Sequence record: NC_020079.1
Direction: 5' to 3' (one strand)
Length of the DNA stretch: 64,000 nucleotides
Origin: Escherichia phage phAPEC8
Position numbers and translations under genes: made by a program
Notes under the pieces: model-generated
Database searches by the model: none
Told to the model about the DNA's origin: nothing
What the model saw: the letters and a program-made list of their open reading frames with translations, nothing else
Shown here: positions 38,471 to 48,371 of the stretch, in pieces
How positions within the stretch are numbered: the first letter of the stretch is position 1
Layout of the letters: every line of letters starts with the position of its first letter

Positions 38471-38944
38471 TTAAAGTTTATAAATAGTCACATCGTGACC
38501 TGTTTTTACTAAAGTTTCTTCAATCATCACTTGGATGATAGCCCAATTACCTCCAGCATGTCCAGCGCCAATCATAGGTAAGCCGATCTTACATTTTTGG
38601 TCACGGAGAAGCAAATCGTTAGCCATAGCTATTAGTGCATCGTAAAGTGCATCATAGTCCAACTGACGACCTTTAGCATTGTATCCGTAACGGTATTGCC
38701 CGTATAGATTATATACCAAAGGGTCTGATTGTTCGTCTGGCACTCCTAAACTAAAACAACCTAGTTTACTTTGATCACCAGCCATTGTGTCTAAGTCTGC
38801 TGCATATGCGTAAGGAAATGCTCGTTTGATTTGTGGGGCAATACCTGCCCCCATATTACACATACAGTTGCAACAATGAGCAATAACAGTTACTTCACCT
38901 GCTTTAGCGGCATCAATAAGATTACCTGTTTTCATTTTAAGCAT
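38471..38944 (-). CDS. Macro domain protein (ADP-ribose binding/processing)
   Basis: Start at ATG behind AAGGAG; VIAHCCNCMCNMGAGIAPQIKRAFP and IGLPMIGAGHAGGNW parallel the two macro-domain glycine-rich loops. Confidence 0.55.
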   Translation of the reverse strand: MLKMKTGNLIDAAKAGEVTVIAHCCNCMCNMGAGIAPQIKRAFPYAYAADLDTMAGDQSKLGCFSLGVPDEQSDPLVYNLYGQYRYGYNAKGRQLDYDALYDALIAMANDLLLRDQKCKIGLPMIGAGHAGGNWAIIQVMIEETLVKTGHDVTIYKL

Positions 38945-38957
38945 TTTTAGCTCCTTA

Positions 38958-39785
38958 TTACAGAATGTGTTGTTTTGTGTAACGATCCAAGAATTCAAAG
39001 TTTTCAGCATACTTTGAAATTCGGTTGTAACCTTCTCCCAAGCATCCAAAGAAAAGTTGCTCTACATAGTAATGTGGCAATTGGCTAAGAATGATTTTGA
39101 AGTCTTCATGATTTTGGCCCATAAGATACTTAATAGGACGAACAAGACACTGTGCATCACGTTCTTCATTAATCATTTTAACAAACGCTTCCGGTGTATT
39201 AATGTAGTTAAAATTCAGTTTAGCTTCGGTATCTGCTTGATTACCTTCATATTTTGCAAAATACAGGAAGTAAACATCATTTTTAACTTGATTTTCATTA
39301 AGGATCTCAATCAGTTTGTCTTCATGCGTTCCAGTGATATTTACATCATCAATGAATACAAGCTTCTTATCACCCCAGAATTCTTTGTTACAGTAGAATG
39401 TATCCCCATCAATAAGTTTCTTACGACTAGCTTTATCCAAGAAACCATAATCGTTGATATAGCTAACTTTACGATGAATAATGTCCAGTTCTGCTGAACG
39501 ACCTTGATCATATTGTGATTGCAACATATTAAAGTAATTAATAAAATGATCTGTCATCATTGTTGCAGCATTATGCACATGGTTGTAAGGAGAAGGAATG
39601 ATAACAAATTGTTCCCCAATATGTTTCATTGCCACTTGAGCAAAAAACTGAAGTGCCAATTCTTTACCCATACGACGCGCGGCTTGGTTACTACCAAATT
39701 TCAATTTTGAATAATCTTGGATATCAAAAGTAGCAGTTTCCAGGTCATCAAATTTATTTGCAAAAATTTGAGTTTGATTACGCAT
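38958..39785 (-). CDS. Phosphoribosyltransferase (type I PRTase fold) domain protein
   Basis: 275 aa; KLVFIDDVNITGTHEDK matches the PRPP-binding motif (hydrophobic-DD-x-x-TG-T). Confidence 0.55.
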   Translation of the reverse strand: MRNQTQIFANKFDDLETATFDIQDYSKLKFGSNQAARRMGKELALQFFAQVAMKHIGEQFVIIPSPYNHVHNAATMMTDHFINYFNMLQSQYDQGRSAELDIIHRKVSYINDYGFLDKASRKKLIDGDTFYCNKEFWGDKKLVFIDDVNITGTHEDKLIEILNENQVKNDVYFLYFAKYEGNQADTEAKLNFNYINTPEAFVKMINEERDAQCLVRPIKYLMGQNHEDFKIILSQLPHYYVEQLFFGCLGEGYNRISKYAENFEFLDRYTKQHIL

Positions 39786-40434
39786 TTACAATTTCTCCTC
39801 TTTTAAGTTTCTCTAGTAAGTCGTTAGGGTTCTTAATATGACAGAAGTTAAATCCTAAGTCAACACATTTTCCATCATATTCTTCACTATCGCCTACGTG
39901 CAATACTTCGTGCCCTAACAGAGGGATCGGAGAATACGTGAGCGTGCGAGCAAAGAATCGCGGATCTGGTTTACAAAGTAAAGCTTCATCCGAGAAATGG
40001 GTGAACTCAAAACAATTCCAACTATCAAACTTACAAGCACGACGCAGGATATCCCCTGATATAAAGTTGGTATTGCTCTTAATACTCAAATCATAACGTC
40101 CCGAAAGATACAGCAAGTACATCGGCAGATCCACGGCTACGTGTGGTGGAAACTTAAGGAACCACTGTTCACACTCGAAACGAAGCTTTGCAGACTTCCA
40201 AGGTGTTATCCCAAGTTCAGAACCAAGTCTTTCCCAGGCGTATGCTGCACACTCGGCTTTGCCTTGAAGTGCTGCATTATCCAGTTCCTTTTTGATCTTC
40301 TTATAAGCTGCTCTTGCTTCCACTTCCGTAATATCTCCATATTTTGCGATAGTCCAGGCTCGCATGTCTGCGTAATTGGAGTTTGCTGTGATCAGTGTGT
40401 TCCATACATCAAAAGAGATATGTTTAATAGTCAT
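39778..40434 (-). CDS. HAD-superfamily hydrolase/phosphatase-like protein
   Basis: 218 aa; N-terminal ISFDVWNTLI (nucleophile Asp motif I variant) and HVGDSEEYD (motif IV-like). Confidence 0.45.
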   Translation of the reverse strand: MTIKHISFDVWNTLITANSNYADMRAWTIAKYGDITEVEARAAYKKIKKELDNAALQGKAECAAYAWERLGSELGITPWKSAKLRFECEQWFLKFPPHVAVDLPMYLLYLSGRYDLSIKSNTNFISGDILRRACKFDSWNCFEFTHFSDEALLCKPDPRFFARTLTYSPIPLLGHEVLHVGDSEEYDGKCVDLGFNFCHIKNPNDLLEKLKRGEIVNA

Positions 40435-40435
40435 A

Positions 40436-41041
40436 TTAAGCCCACCATGCGTCTAAGTTAAGATTACTGTCCACTACCACTTGTTCTATGTGGTAGCCTT
40501 TTATCTGTATCCCACTGTTCAAGAGCATATCATACGCTTCATTGAAACGCAACTTATCTTCTGCGGAATATAAGCGAGCATTATAAAATCGGTAATCAAT
40601 TTCTTCAGCATTAGAAGAAATACGGAAGAAGTTTGTTTCTACTTCGGGATCACTTGCTGAAGTCTTAATGTGAACTTCTCCGTAATTTTCTTTACTTAGA
40701 TCCATGAAAAGAACACAGGCAACATGTTTAAACATTCGTTCCAGTTTGTAACGAACAACATTGAAACCTGCATTCTCAAGTTTTTCTACACACTGCAACA
40801 TTAAAGTAGTGTCGAGATCGCTTTGATACTTTGTTAACATACGATCACGTTGAGACTTTGTATCCCGATGTAAATCAATTGTTGTGCATTTGGCACCAAT
40901 AATCTTAGCTGCTTTCATCAACTCTTCAGAACTAACGTTAGATAAAGTAAGATGAAAGTGGGCTTTCCACACTTTTTTAGCAGGGACACCAAAAGATTTA
41001 TCCCCACTATTCGGCATGTTGACTACTACACTATGTTGCAT
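40436..41041 (-). CDS. Hypothetical protein co-operonic with HAD/PRTase/macro genes
   Basis: 201 aa; no confident motif. Confidence 0.35.
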   Translation of the reverse strand: MQHSVVVNMPNSGDKSFGVPAKKVWKAHFHLTLSNVSSEELMKAAKIIGAKCTTIDLHRDTKSQRDRMLTKYQSDLDTTLMLQCVEKLENAGFNVVRYKLERMFKHVACVLFMDLSKENYGEVHIKTSASDPEVETNFFRISSNAEEIDYRFYNARLYSAEDKLRFNEAYDMLLNSGIQIKGYHIEQVVVDSNLNLDAWWA

Positions 41042-41056
41042 TACTTATCTCCTCAC

Positions 41057-41248
41057 TTAAAATGGAAGTCTTTGAAGTTCATCTCCTCCGATATCAAGTA
41101 ATTTAGCAACATCTCGATCAGAAAGCAACTCTTTTCTTTGTAAAATATCCACAAGGGTTGCAAGAATGTCCTTAACGTCCCGATCACTGTTCTTCAAAAG
41201 TTCTCCTGCCGTCCCTACTCTATCTCCTACAGCAAAATATGTAACCAT
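41057..41248 (-). CDS. Hypothetical protein
   Basis: 63 aa ORF. Confidence 0.3.
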   Translation of the reverse strand: MVTYFAVGDRVGTAGELLKNSDRDVKDILATLVDILQRKELLSDRDVAKLLDIGGDELQRLPF

Positions 41249-41260
41249 GAAACCTCCTAG

Positions 41261-41731
41261 TTAATCTGATTGCCAACCACTTGCCGTTTTGGTCCATAAT
41301 CTTTGATTATCTGACCCTCTGAAAGGTTTTGTAGTTGGATTGTTTATTTCATACTTTCCGTCTACAATAATGTCAACAAGATTTTTAATATACAAAGGCA
41401 CTTCCTCAAAAGTATACCCTGTATACACCATTATATCTTTGCTTGACCCATAAACGTCTCTAACCTTTTCTATAAGGTTTTTAACATTGTAAATATTCTG
41501 TGGATCTAATGGCTCTCCTCCTAAAATTGTTAAACCTTTTACAAACGGTCTTGACAAATCTTTTAAAACTTGCTCTACATTTTCGTGAGTAAACGGTTTC
41601 CCATAAGAATAAGACCAGGCTTTTTGGTTAAAACAGCCACGACAACCGTGGCTACAACCACTAACCCAGAGGGAGCACCTAACTCCCTCACCATTAATAA
41701 GATCTACAGGTTCGTATCCTGCAAAATTCAA
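41261..41731 (-). CDS. nrdG: Anaerobic ribonucleotide reductase activating protein
   Basis: 156 aa; radical-SAM Cys cluster CSLWVSGCSHGCRGCFN; start-overlaps nrdD stop. Confidence 0.75.
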   Translation of the reverse strand: MNFAGYEPVDLINGEGVRCSLWVSGCSHGCRGCFNQKAWSYSYGKPFTHENVEQVLKDLSRPFVKGLTILGGEPLDPQNIYNVKNLIEKVRDVYGSSKDIMVYTGYTFEEVPLYIKNLVDIIVDGKYEINNPTTKPFRGSDNQRLWTKTASGWQSD

Positions 41732-43542
41732 AAATGTTTCTCCCTTTGCAAAACTTCCTGCATTTTACCTTTGTTGTAAGGCCGTGAATTAGGGGCAGAA
41801 AGATACCCTGATACACGTCTAACTACAGAAATAGTTTCTTCTTCATGGTTGCCACAATCAGGACACTCAAACCCTTTAGCCGTTGCCTTAAATTCTCCAT
41901 GAAAACCACACTTAAAGCATTGATCCACGGGCTGATTAATACCAAAATAGTGAATATGTTCATAAGCGTAGTCTACTAAAGTCTCCAAAGCTTCTAAGTT
42001 ATTCTTTAAGTTTGGTGTTTCGACATAACTTATGTTACCACCATTACTAATCTGTGCAAAACCTGCTTCATAATCCCATTTTTCAAAAGGATTTGTTACC
42101 AACCACACAGGTTGATGAAAAGAGTTAGTAAGATAATCTCTTTCTACCAAACCTGGGTATTTTTCATTTAAAGCTGTTGCAAACTTATAGCACAAGGATT
42201 CTGCTGGAGTTCCATAGAGACTAAACGCCAAATTAGATCGTTCTTTAAACACAGCACACACATCTTTCATATGTTGCAGAATGTTTTTACCAAGTTCCTT
42301 TTTATCTTTTTCTTCTGGATAAAGGATTTCCAAAGCTTCGGCAAGACCTACATAACCAATACTAATAGAAGCATAACCACCTTCAAACAAAACACCAATT
42401 TCATCGTTGGCATTTAAACGCGCTAAAGCCCCTTCCATGAAAAGAATAGGGTTTTCAGATGCTTTGGTATGTCTGATACGGTTTACACGTAGCATGTGAG
42501 CATCGTAGGCTATCTCCATATGTTTATTAAGAAGATCGGTGAAAGATTCTCCTTTACTTCTCGCTTCCGCAGCGATCAGAGGTAAGTTGATAGAAACTAC
42601 TCCAAGGTTGAATCGTCCATCGTATTTTTCTCCTTGTTCTGTGGCATAGTACGACAAAAAGGAACGACAACCCATACTCGTAACAGTGCCATCTGCTGAT
42701 CCCGTAACTTCTTTGTTCAAAGGAACAGAAATAAAATCTGGATAAATACGATCAGCACAACATGCCAAAGCTTGTTGCTTAAGGTCATAGTTAGGATCAC
42801 TAGGTTTCATGTTAACACCTTCTTGTAAAAAGAAAATAACTTTAGGGAATACAGGCGTTACATGATCTTTGCCTAGACCATTACTATGCACTTTAAGATA
42901 GTTAGCTGTGATCATTCTGCCAAAAACAGAGGTATCCAGACCCATACTGATTGTAATAAAAGGAGATTGTCCATTAACACTCATTAAAGTATTAACCTGA
43001 TACAAGAGAGTTTGCATAGCATCATATACATCTTGTTCGGTCATTTCTAGGGCTTCTTTCCTTGCATAACAACCGTAGCGACGTTTGGTTATCTCCATGT
43101 TTTTAAGGAAACTAGCTTCAACATAAGGACTAAGACCTTTATCAATGTGCGCACACGTCTGACCTCCATACTGACTGGAGGCAACAGCTTGGATGATTTG
43201 AGTTAGCACTGTGGTAGCTACTCCAATAGATTTTGGTTTTTCTATCTGTGCGGCACCGATTTTAAAACCATTTTCTAACATATCTTGATAATTAACAAGA
43301 CAACAGTTTGTAAGAGGAGAGAGCAGATAATCCAAGTCGTGAATATGTCCAAAACCTTCTGTATGCCACTCTGACAAGTTTTTTGGCAGTATCTGTGTCA
43401 TTGCCATATGTTTGCTTAAAATCCCCGCCAAGAGATCCCTATGCGTGTTAACGAGGTGGGAAGGTTTGTTTGCATTCTCTCTAGTGTATGTTTCTGAAGT
43501 ACGATCTAAAAAAGAAAAAACATCTTGGTACAAATCTTTCAT
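41728..43542 (-). CDS. nrdD: Anaerobic ribonucleoside-triphosphate reductase (class III)
   Basis: 604 aa; C-terminal zinc ribbon CFKCGFHGEF...CPDCG and glycyl-radical-type motif RRVSGYL. Confidence 0.85.
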   Translation of the reverse strand: MKDLYQDVFSFLDRTSETYTRENANKPSHLVNTHRDLLAGILSKHMAMTQILPKNLSEWHTEGFGHIHDLDYLLSPLTNCCLVNYQDMLENGFKIGAAQIEKPKSIGVATTVLTQIIQAVASSQYGGQTCAHIDKGLSPYVEASFLKNMEITKRRYGCYARKEALEMTEQDVYDAMQTLLYQVNTLMSVNGQSPFITISMGLDTSVFGRMITANYLKVHSNGLGKDHVTPVFPKVIFFLQEGVNMKPSDPNYDLKQQALACCADRIYPDFISVPLNKEVTGSADGTVTSMGCRSFLSYYATEQGEKYDGRFNLGVVSINLPLIAAEARSKGESFTDLLNKHMEIAYDAHMLRVNRIRHTKASENPILFMEGALARLNANDEIGVLFEGGYASISIGYVGLAEALEILYPEEKDKKELGKNILQHMKDVCAVFKERSNLAFSLYGTPAESLCYKFATALNEKYPGLVERDYLTNSFHQPVWLVTNPFEKWDYEAGFAQISNGGNISYVETPNLKNNLEALETLVDYAYEHIHYFGINQPVDQCFKCGFHGEFKATAKGFECPDCGNHEEETISVVRRVSGYLSAPNSRPYNKGKMQEVLQREKHF

Positions 43543-43613
43543 TATTAATCCTTATTTTGTGAGTAGAACTATTATTCTACCTCTTCCAACCGAAAAAAGC
43601 TTTGAGGAAAATC

Positions 43614-43635
43614 AAAAAAGGCGCAAAGTGCGCCT
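43614..43635 (-). terminator. Rho-independent terminator (- strand)
   Basis: + strand AGGCGCA-AAG-TGCGCCT preceded by an A-run, giving a U-tract on the - strand transcript. Confidence 0.5.
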
Positions 43636-43642
43636 TTAAGTT

Positions 43643-45031
43643 TTATCGTTTGGAGAGGAATTGTCTTCCCATGATCTTACCGTTCTTTACAGCGGTCCCA
43701 TCGTGTCCATTATAATCCCAAGTTCCATCAATGTTACGCAAGAAGCTATCACGAACAGTGTAGGCTTTACCGTTCTCTACTTTACTTTCTTCAACAATGA
43801 TTGCCATAACAAGCTTATTTTCAATTTCGGTAGTAACCGATTCTTTAATACCCTCTGTAACTTCACGATCATATTGGATATAAACTCGCTCCTCGGTTAC
43901 TTGCACATCAACCACATTTTTAAATGTGTATGTCTGTTGTGTAGTGTAGAGGACACGAACGACACTCTTCTTACCTACCGGAGGCTTCTTACGAGGCTTA
44001 CGGTAACGTGGTTTAGGGTTGTTAGTTGGAAGCCAACCAACAATATCCCGATCATATCCAACATGACCCCAAGTGAAATGCGTAGCCGATCCACTATCCG
44101 TAGTTCCGTCACGAAAGAGAACTTCTACGTGACCACCACAAGGGCGGTGTCCACCATTATTATAGTTGTATTTTGCCGTGCGCGGGAGAATGAAGTATTC
44201 TTTAATCGCCCACTCTTCCAGATTGTCGATATTCCAAGTGAATACTGTTCCCTTAGCAACATCTGTTTGACCATTGTTGAAGCGAACCTGCACGAAATCT
44301 TCTGAAGGCATAACACCTGTGTTCGGAAGATATTCAAATGCAGTATCTTCCGCTACAAACTGTTCTTCCTCTTGCTCCTCAATACTTGGCACAGGCGCAG
44401 CTTCATCGTATTTCGCAGCAAACATATTTTTAAATTCTTGAGCCGTGACTTCTACAAGGCCGCGATCACCAGTAGCAGCAGAGTGTGGGCGTGGTAAATC
44501 CCCAACTTCAATATGCATTGCATCTAAGCCTGCTTGACGATCAAAGAAGATAACCTTGCGGAATTGTTTATCTTTATATTGTGGCAGTTCATACATACTT
44601 GGGTCGATTGTCTTCAAACGTTCAGCATCTTCTGGCTTCCAGAAGCTTTTACCTGTTGCAAATCTAAAGTCTACCAGTAGTTTAACAACATCTCCTAATG
44701 ATAACCTATCTGCATCTACGAAAACGTCTTCGATTCCCAATAACCCTGATTTCTTAAGAATCAGATCTAACATGTAACCTCCTGTGGTTTGTTCTGCGTC
44801 TGGATAACGATCAACACTGGTGCTGGTTACACCGTTTATTTCACCAGTGGAGGCATTGTAGGAAATATATGGGAAGGTCATATCGTTCATTGCAAAATCA
44901 CCTGAACAGGTTGGATCATCTTCTCCCTCCCAGCCATACACCTTCACAATACCTTCACACAATTTGTCATACACACCAGCGCGACGTGCTGCTTCAGCAA
45001 CTTCCTGTTTACGGGCAAATTTATTAATCAT
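43643..45031 (-). CDS. Large hypothetical protein
   Basis: Start set at ATG (MINKFARK) behind AGGAGG; about 462 aa. Confidence 0.4.
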   Translation of the reverse strand: MINKFARKQEVAEAARRAGVYDKLCEGIVKVYGWEGEDDPTCSGDFAMNDMTFPYISYNASTGEINGVTSTSVDRYPDAEQTTGGYMLDLILKKSGLLGIEDVFVDADRLSLGDVVKLLVDFRFATGKSFWKPEDAERLKTIDPSMYELPQYKDKQFRKVIFFDRQAGLDAMHIEVGDLPRPHSAATGDRGLVEVTAQEFKNMFAAKYDEAAPVPSIEEQEEEQFVAEDTAFEYLPNTGVMPSEDFVQVRFNNGQTDVAKGTVFTWNIDNLEEWAIKEYFILPRTAKYNYNNGGHRPCGGHVEVLFRDGTTDSGSATHFTWGHVGYDRDIVGWLPTNNPKPRYRKPRKKPPVGKKSVVRVLYTTQQTYTFKNVVDVQVTEERVYIQYDREVTEGIKESVTTEIENKLVMAIIVEESKVENGKAYTVRDSFLRNIDGTWDYNGHDGTAVKNGKIMGRQFLSKR

Positions 45032-45581
45032 GATTCCTCCTATTAATTGCCATAGATGCACGAGGTTCGGCTATGGCTGTTGCATAAATATATGGATGAC
45101 CTTGTGGGGACAATCTTGTTCCGAATGACCCTAATTCTAAACCATTCATGTCTTCCACGTCAAGCCCTATTTCTGTTTCTACAATTCTTGTTTGGACTTT
45201 GTAGTAGGTCCAGAAGAAGTATCGCATTTCTTCGGCATACTCTTTCACTTCACCAAAGCTGGGATAGAACTCAATCAACTCCAGCTTCAAGAAGATGTTG
45301 AAGTGAGAATCATCCAACACTTCCTCTGTGCGGTAACATGGTGTCAGGGCCATGTAGGGATGACCAGCGATAAACTCGTAGCCATCCTTTTCCATTTGCA
45401 AGAATGATTGCTCGGCACTGGCAACATAAAACTTCCCATTAGGATGCCCCAAAGGAGCATCTTCTTTGCCAGGTGGCAGTGTGAATGCCAAAATATCTGC
45501 ATCCACTAAATAAGGAACATCTAACATTTCAGCAAAGCGTCCATAACTCTGGATGGCTTCGGCAATCACACCTGTGTTCAT
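45024..45581 (-). CDS. Hypothetical protein
   Basis: 185 aa ORF. Confidence 0.35.
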   Translation of the reverse strand: MNTGVIAEAIQSYGRFAEMLDVPYLVDADILAFTLPPGKEDAPLGHPNGKFYVASAEQSFLQMEKDGYEFIAGHPYMALTPCYRTEEVLDDSHFNIFLKLELIEFYPSFGEVKEYAEEMRYFFWTYYKVQTRIVETEIGLDVEDMNGLELGSFGTRLSPQGHPYIYATAIAEPRASMAINRRNHD

Positions 45582-45829
45582 GACCTTCCTCCTGTGCGAA
45601 ACGCACGTTTAGTAATGTTTGACATAATGATCAAATCTTGTAAAGTCGTACCTGGGAACTGTTGTTCTAACACTCCCTCGACAGCACCTATAATATCAGA
45701 TAGTTCAACAAGTTGCATTATTTTGCAATCCTGTTCAACAGCATCGAAAAGTTCTTCCACTTCCTCTTTAATCTTTTCTATGCTTCCGTAAGATTGTTTC
45801 TTAATGTCTGTTATGTGATACCCTGCCAT
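45578..45829 (-). CDS. Possible MazG-like nucleotide pyrophosphohydrolase domain protein
   Basis: 83 aa; EEVEELFDAVEQ...ELSDIIGAVEGV resembles the MazG/HisE helical EExxE..D motif pair. Confidence 0.3.
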   Translation of the reverse strand: MAGYHITDIKKQSYGSIEKIKEEVEELFDAVEQDCKIMQLVELSDIIGAVEGVLEQQFPGTTLQDLIIMSNITKRAFRTGGRS

Positions 45830-47422
45830 TTAACGATCCTCTCTGATTTGATTAATCTTACGAGCAAGGGCCGCTATAAGTTTATCTTCTTCAGATACAG
45901 GAGCCGTGCTCTTACCTAAACGATGCATGTCTAAAATCTCTTGAACAGTTCGGTTCCATTGCAGGCATTTAATACAACGTGTATGTGCAACATACAGAAG
46001 ATTTCGTTCTGATTCTTCAAGACCTACCCACTCACCCTTCTTATCATAATTGGAAGGAAAGTCATTTGCAACAATAACCTGATCCCATTCCAAACCTTTT
46101 GATTTGTGGGCTGTAGTTAAAGTAACTTTAGCCGTTGGAGAGTTACGGTGCATACGTAAAGTATATGCAATATTATTAGCTTTACCAGAAACAACAATGT
46201 TTAAAAGTCGTTTTGCATCAGGATCTGATTCTGCACACTCTACAAATTCTTCCCAAGAAGTGTAAGGGAGAACTGTCTCATGCTTAACTTTGTCCAAATC
46301 ACCTCTACGTAAAGCATTAACACTATCAACCATAGAAATGAAATCTTTGGTATCTACGTTAATAATAATCTCTTCTCCGTTAGCGATTCGGTCCATAGCT
46401 TCGAGCAACAGAGTCAAATTCTTACGGAAAATAATGGTGTAAGGTTTACTATAATCTACCACATCAGAATGAAAACTTCCAGTGACAGTATCATAACCTT
46501 TGCCTACCAGCGGATGCTTCAGAGGTGAACGATCAGAAAGGATCGCATTAGCAATTTCCGCAACTTTAGGACCAAAGCGAAAACAAGCTGTCAGAGGCAA
46601 CTCAACCCCATATGTAGCCGTTTGCTTCATCATGTTCTGGCTTCCACGGAACTGATAAATACTCTGAAATTCATCACCCACAACAACAATACGTTTAGCC
46701 GATTTAGCATTGCGAAGGATAGACAGGAATGCAGGGTTAACATCCTGGAATTCATCTCCGAAAATAATATCATATCCTAAGTCTTCTTTGCTCAATTCAA
46801 ATAGTTTCACATAGGTGTCATGAGTCATAATTGTTTCTGATTTAGGATCAATACGCTCACGCCAAAGTTGCTTCGCATATTTAACAACTTCGTTAATAAG
46901 TTTTTGTTCGTTGATGTTTTTACGTTTTAGGTCTGACATATGCACTTTAGGAAAATGTTTATGTCCAATATGTTCATCGTCAGAAAACTCATATTTAGCT
47001 AAAGTTTGTTTGACCATTAACCCGATCATTGCACGAGTCAGTAGCACTTTACCATTCTTATCGATCAAGTTCTGAATCTTGAATTTCTTGGCAATCTCAC
47101 TACCAGTTCCAGCTACGTTAACATATTGACCTTCTGGACGAGATAATTTGTGTCGAAGGTTTTGTGGAAGACGCTGGTAACAGATAGAATGTAGCGTTCG
47201 GCACATAACATTAGGCGGCATTTTACGTCGAGCTTCCTCTGCCATACTTTTGTTAAATGCCAAGTATAGAATACTATCATTTGTGCCATTAGCCAACATA
47301 TACAGTGTTGACGTTTTACCTGATCCAGATTTAGCTTGAATTGTAACGAAACGATTTTCTTTATACCCGCTTTCAATAGCGTATTGTTCCTCGGTAGGTG
47401 TAAAACTCAATTGTGTAGACAC
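45830..47422 (-). CDS. SF1 DNA helicase, UvrD/PcrA-like
   Basis: 530 aa; FTPTEEQYAI...IQAKSGSGKTSTL (motif Q/I, Walker A) and VVVGDEFQSIY (motif II). Confidence 0.6.
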   Translation of the reverse strand: MSTQLSFTPTEEQYAIESGYKENRFVTIQAKSGSGKTSTLYMLANGTNDSILYLAFNKSMAEEARRKMPPNVMCRTLHSICYQRLPQNLRHKLSRPEGQYVNVAGTGSEIAKKFKIQNLIDKNGKVLLTRAMIGLMVKQTLAKYEFSDDEHIGHKHFPKVHMSDLKRKNINEQKLINEVVKYAKQLWRERIDPKSETIMTHDTYVKLFELSKEDLGYDIIFGDEFQDVNPAFLSILRNAKSAKRIVVVGDEFQSIYQFRGSQNMMKQTATYGVELPLTACFRFGPKVAEIANAILSDRSPLKHPLVGKGYDTVTGSFHSDVVDYSKPYTIIFRKNLTLLLEAMDRIANGEEIIINVDTKDFISMVDSVNALRRGDLDKVKHETVLPYTSWEEFVECAESDPDAKRLLNIVVSGKANNIAYTLRMHRNSPTAKVTLTTAHKSKGLEWDQVIVANDFPSNYDKKGEWVGLEESERNLLYVAHTRCIKCLQWNRTVQEILDMHRLGKSTAPVSEEDKLIAALARKINQIREDR

Positions 47423-47436
47423 GTATTTCTCCTCTC

Positions 47437-47952
47437 TTAATAAAAACTCTTGACAATCCTCATCATTTCCTTAGCTCTGCTGGCATAAGGTTCTTTTAGA
47501 TTAGGTGGCAAATGTGCATTAATGTACCCCATTTGTTTTTCCCATGTCCACTTATCTTTAAATCTTGGCATGGTGTCTCCTGCTAAACTGTTTTCTTTTC
47601 GTGTTTGAATAATCCAATTGCATGGAAAATGCACACCACCTTTACGGAAGGGAATATAATGTCCCAATGTGAATGCCTTATTGTTCTTTAAACGTCCAGC
47701 TAAATTAAGATTAACAATAAGACTACGAAACACGTAGTATTGATAAAGATTGTCAACAGTATATACAGAGTAGTATGCTCTAAGTGCATTATCTCTACTA
47801 AGATTACCAACATCCAAACTGCACCAGTTTAAATTACTTGGATCGTAGTTGTGATTATCAATCCATTCTTCTCTTTCCTCAAATTCTGCATTAACAGCAG
47901 ACTGCCCTGCTGTAGATACAAAAAGAGAATTTGCATCAAAGAACATACTCAC
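47437..47952 (-). CDS. Hypothetical protein
   Basis: 171 aa ORF. Confidence 0.35.
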   Translation of the reverse strand: MSMFFDANSLFVSTAGQSAVNAEFEEREEWIDNHNYDPSNLNWCSLDVGNLSRDNALRAYYSVYTVDNLYQYYVFRSLIVNLNLAGRLKNNKAFTLGHYIPFRKGGVHFPCNWIIQTRKENSLAGDTMPRFKDKWTWEKQMGYINAHLPPNLKEPYASRAKEMMRIVKSFY

Positions 47953-47960
47953 TCCCCCTT

Positions 47961-48371
47961 TTAGTTTACATCGTTTAGAGCATTACCAATCTTTAAGATA
48001 ATAACATCATTAAGAGCTTCTTCTCCATTAAGGCCAGAGAAAGCAGGAGTAACGAAAGTTACCATATAATAATGGTCTTCTTGTAGGATTGCGATAACGC
48101 CGTCTAGTTTAACATCTCCTGTGAAACGAAAAACTTTCAACTTTTGTTCTAAAGGAAGATCTCCTTCAACATTTAAAACCATATCTCCGACACCAAACCT
48201 TTCTGCCCCGATGTAGATGTAAGCTTTGTCCTCTTTTTTATGATAATACAATGTTGCTTGTTTGTCTTGTAGTGTTGTGATACCAAACACATCTACATCA
48301 ATAATATTTTTCAAAAATTCTCCTCCCAAATCCAATAATTGTCTACATAAGTAGGATGCCTTTTGTCCCAC
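47961..48371 (-). CDS. Hypothetical protein (start uncertain; overlaps upstream gene by 60 nt as tracked)
   Basis: 136 aa ORF. Confidence 0.3.
   Translation of the reverse strand: MGQKASYLCRQLLDLGGEFLKNIIDVDVFGITTLQDKQATLYYHKKEDKAYIYIGAERFGVGDMVLNVEGDLPLEQKLKVFRFTGDVKLDGVIAILQEDHYYMVTFVTPAFSGLNGEEALNDVIILKIGNALNDVN

Noticed and set aside
40436-41041. 2H phosphoesterase (LigT/CPDase) assignment for the 201 aa protein next to the HAD gene
   Set aside because: Only one H-x-T-x tetrad (HLTL) is present; the second required motif is absent, so the call is left as hypothetical.
43661-44305. 214 aa + strand ORF antisense to the 43643-45031 gene
   Set aside because: Fully embedded in a - strand gene within a uniformly - strand operon; no start context; shadow ORF.
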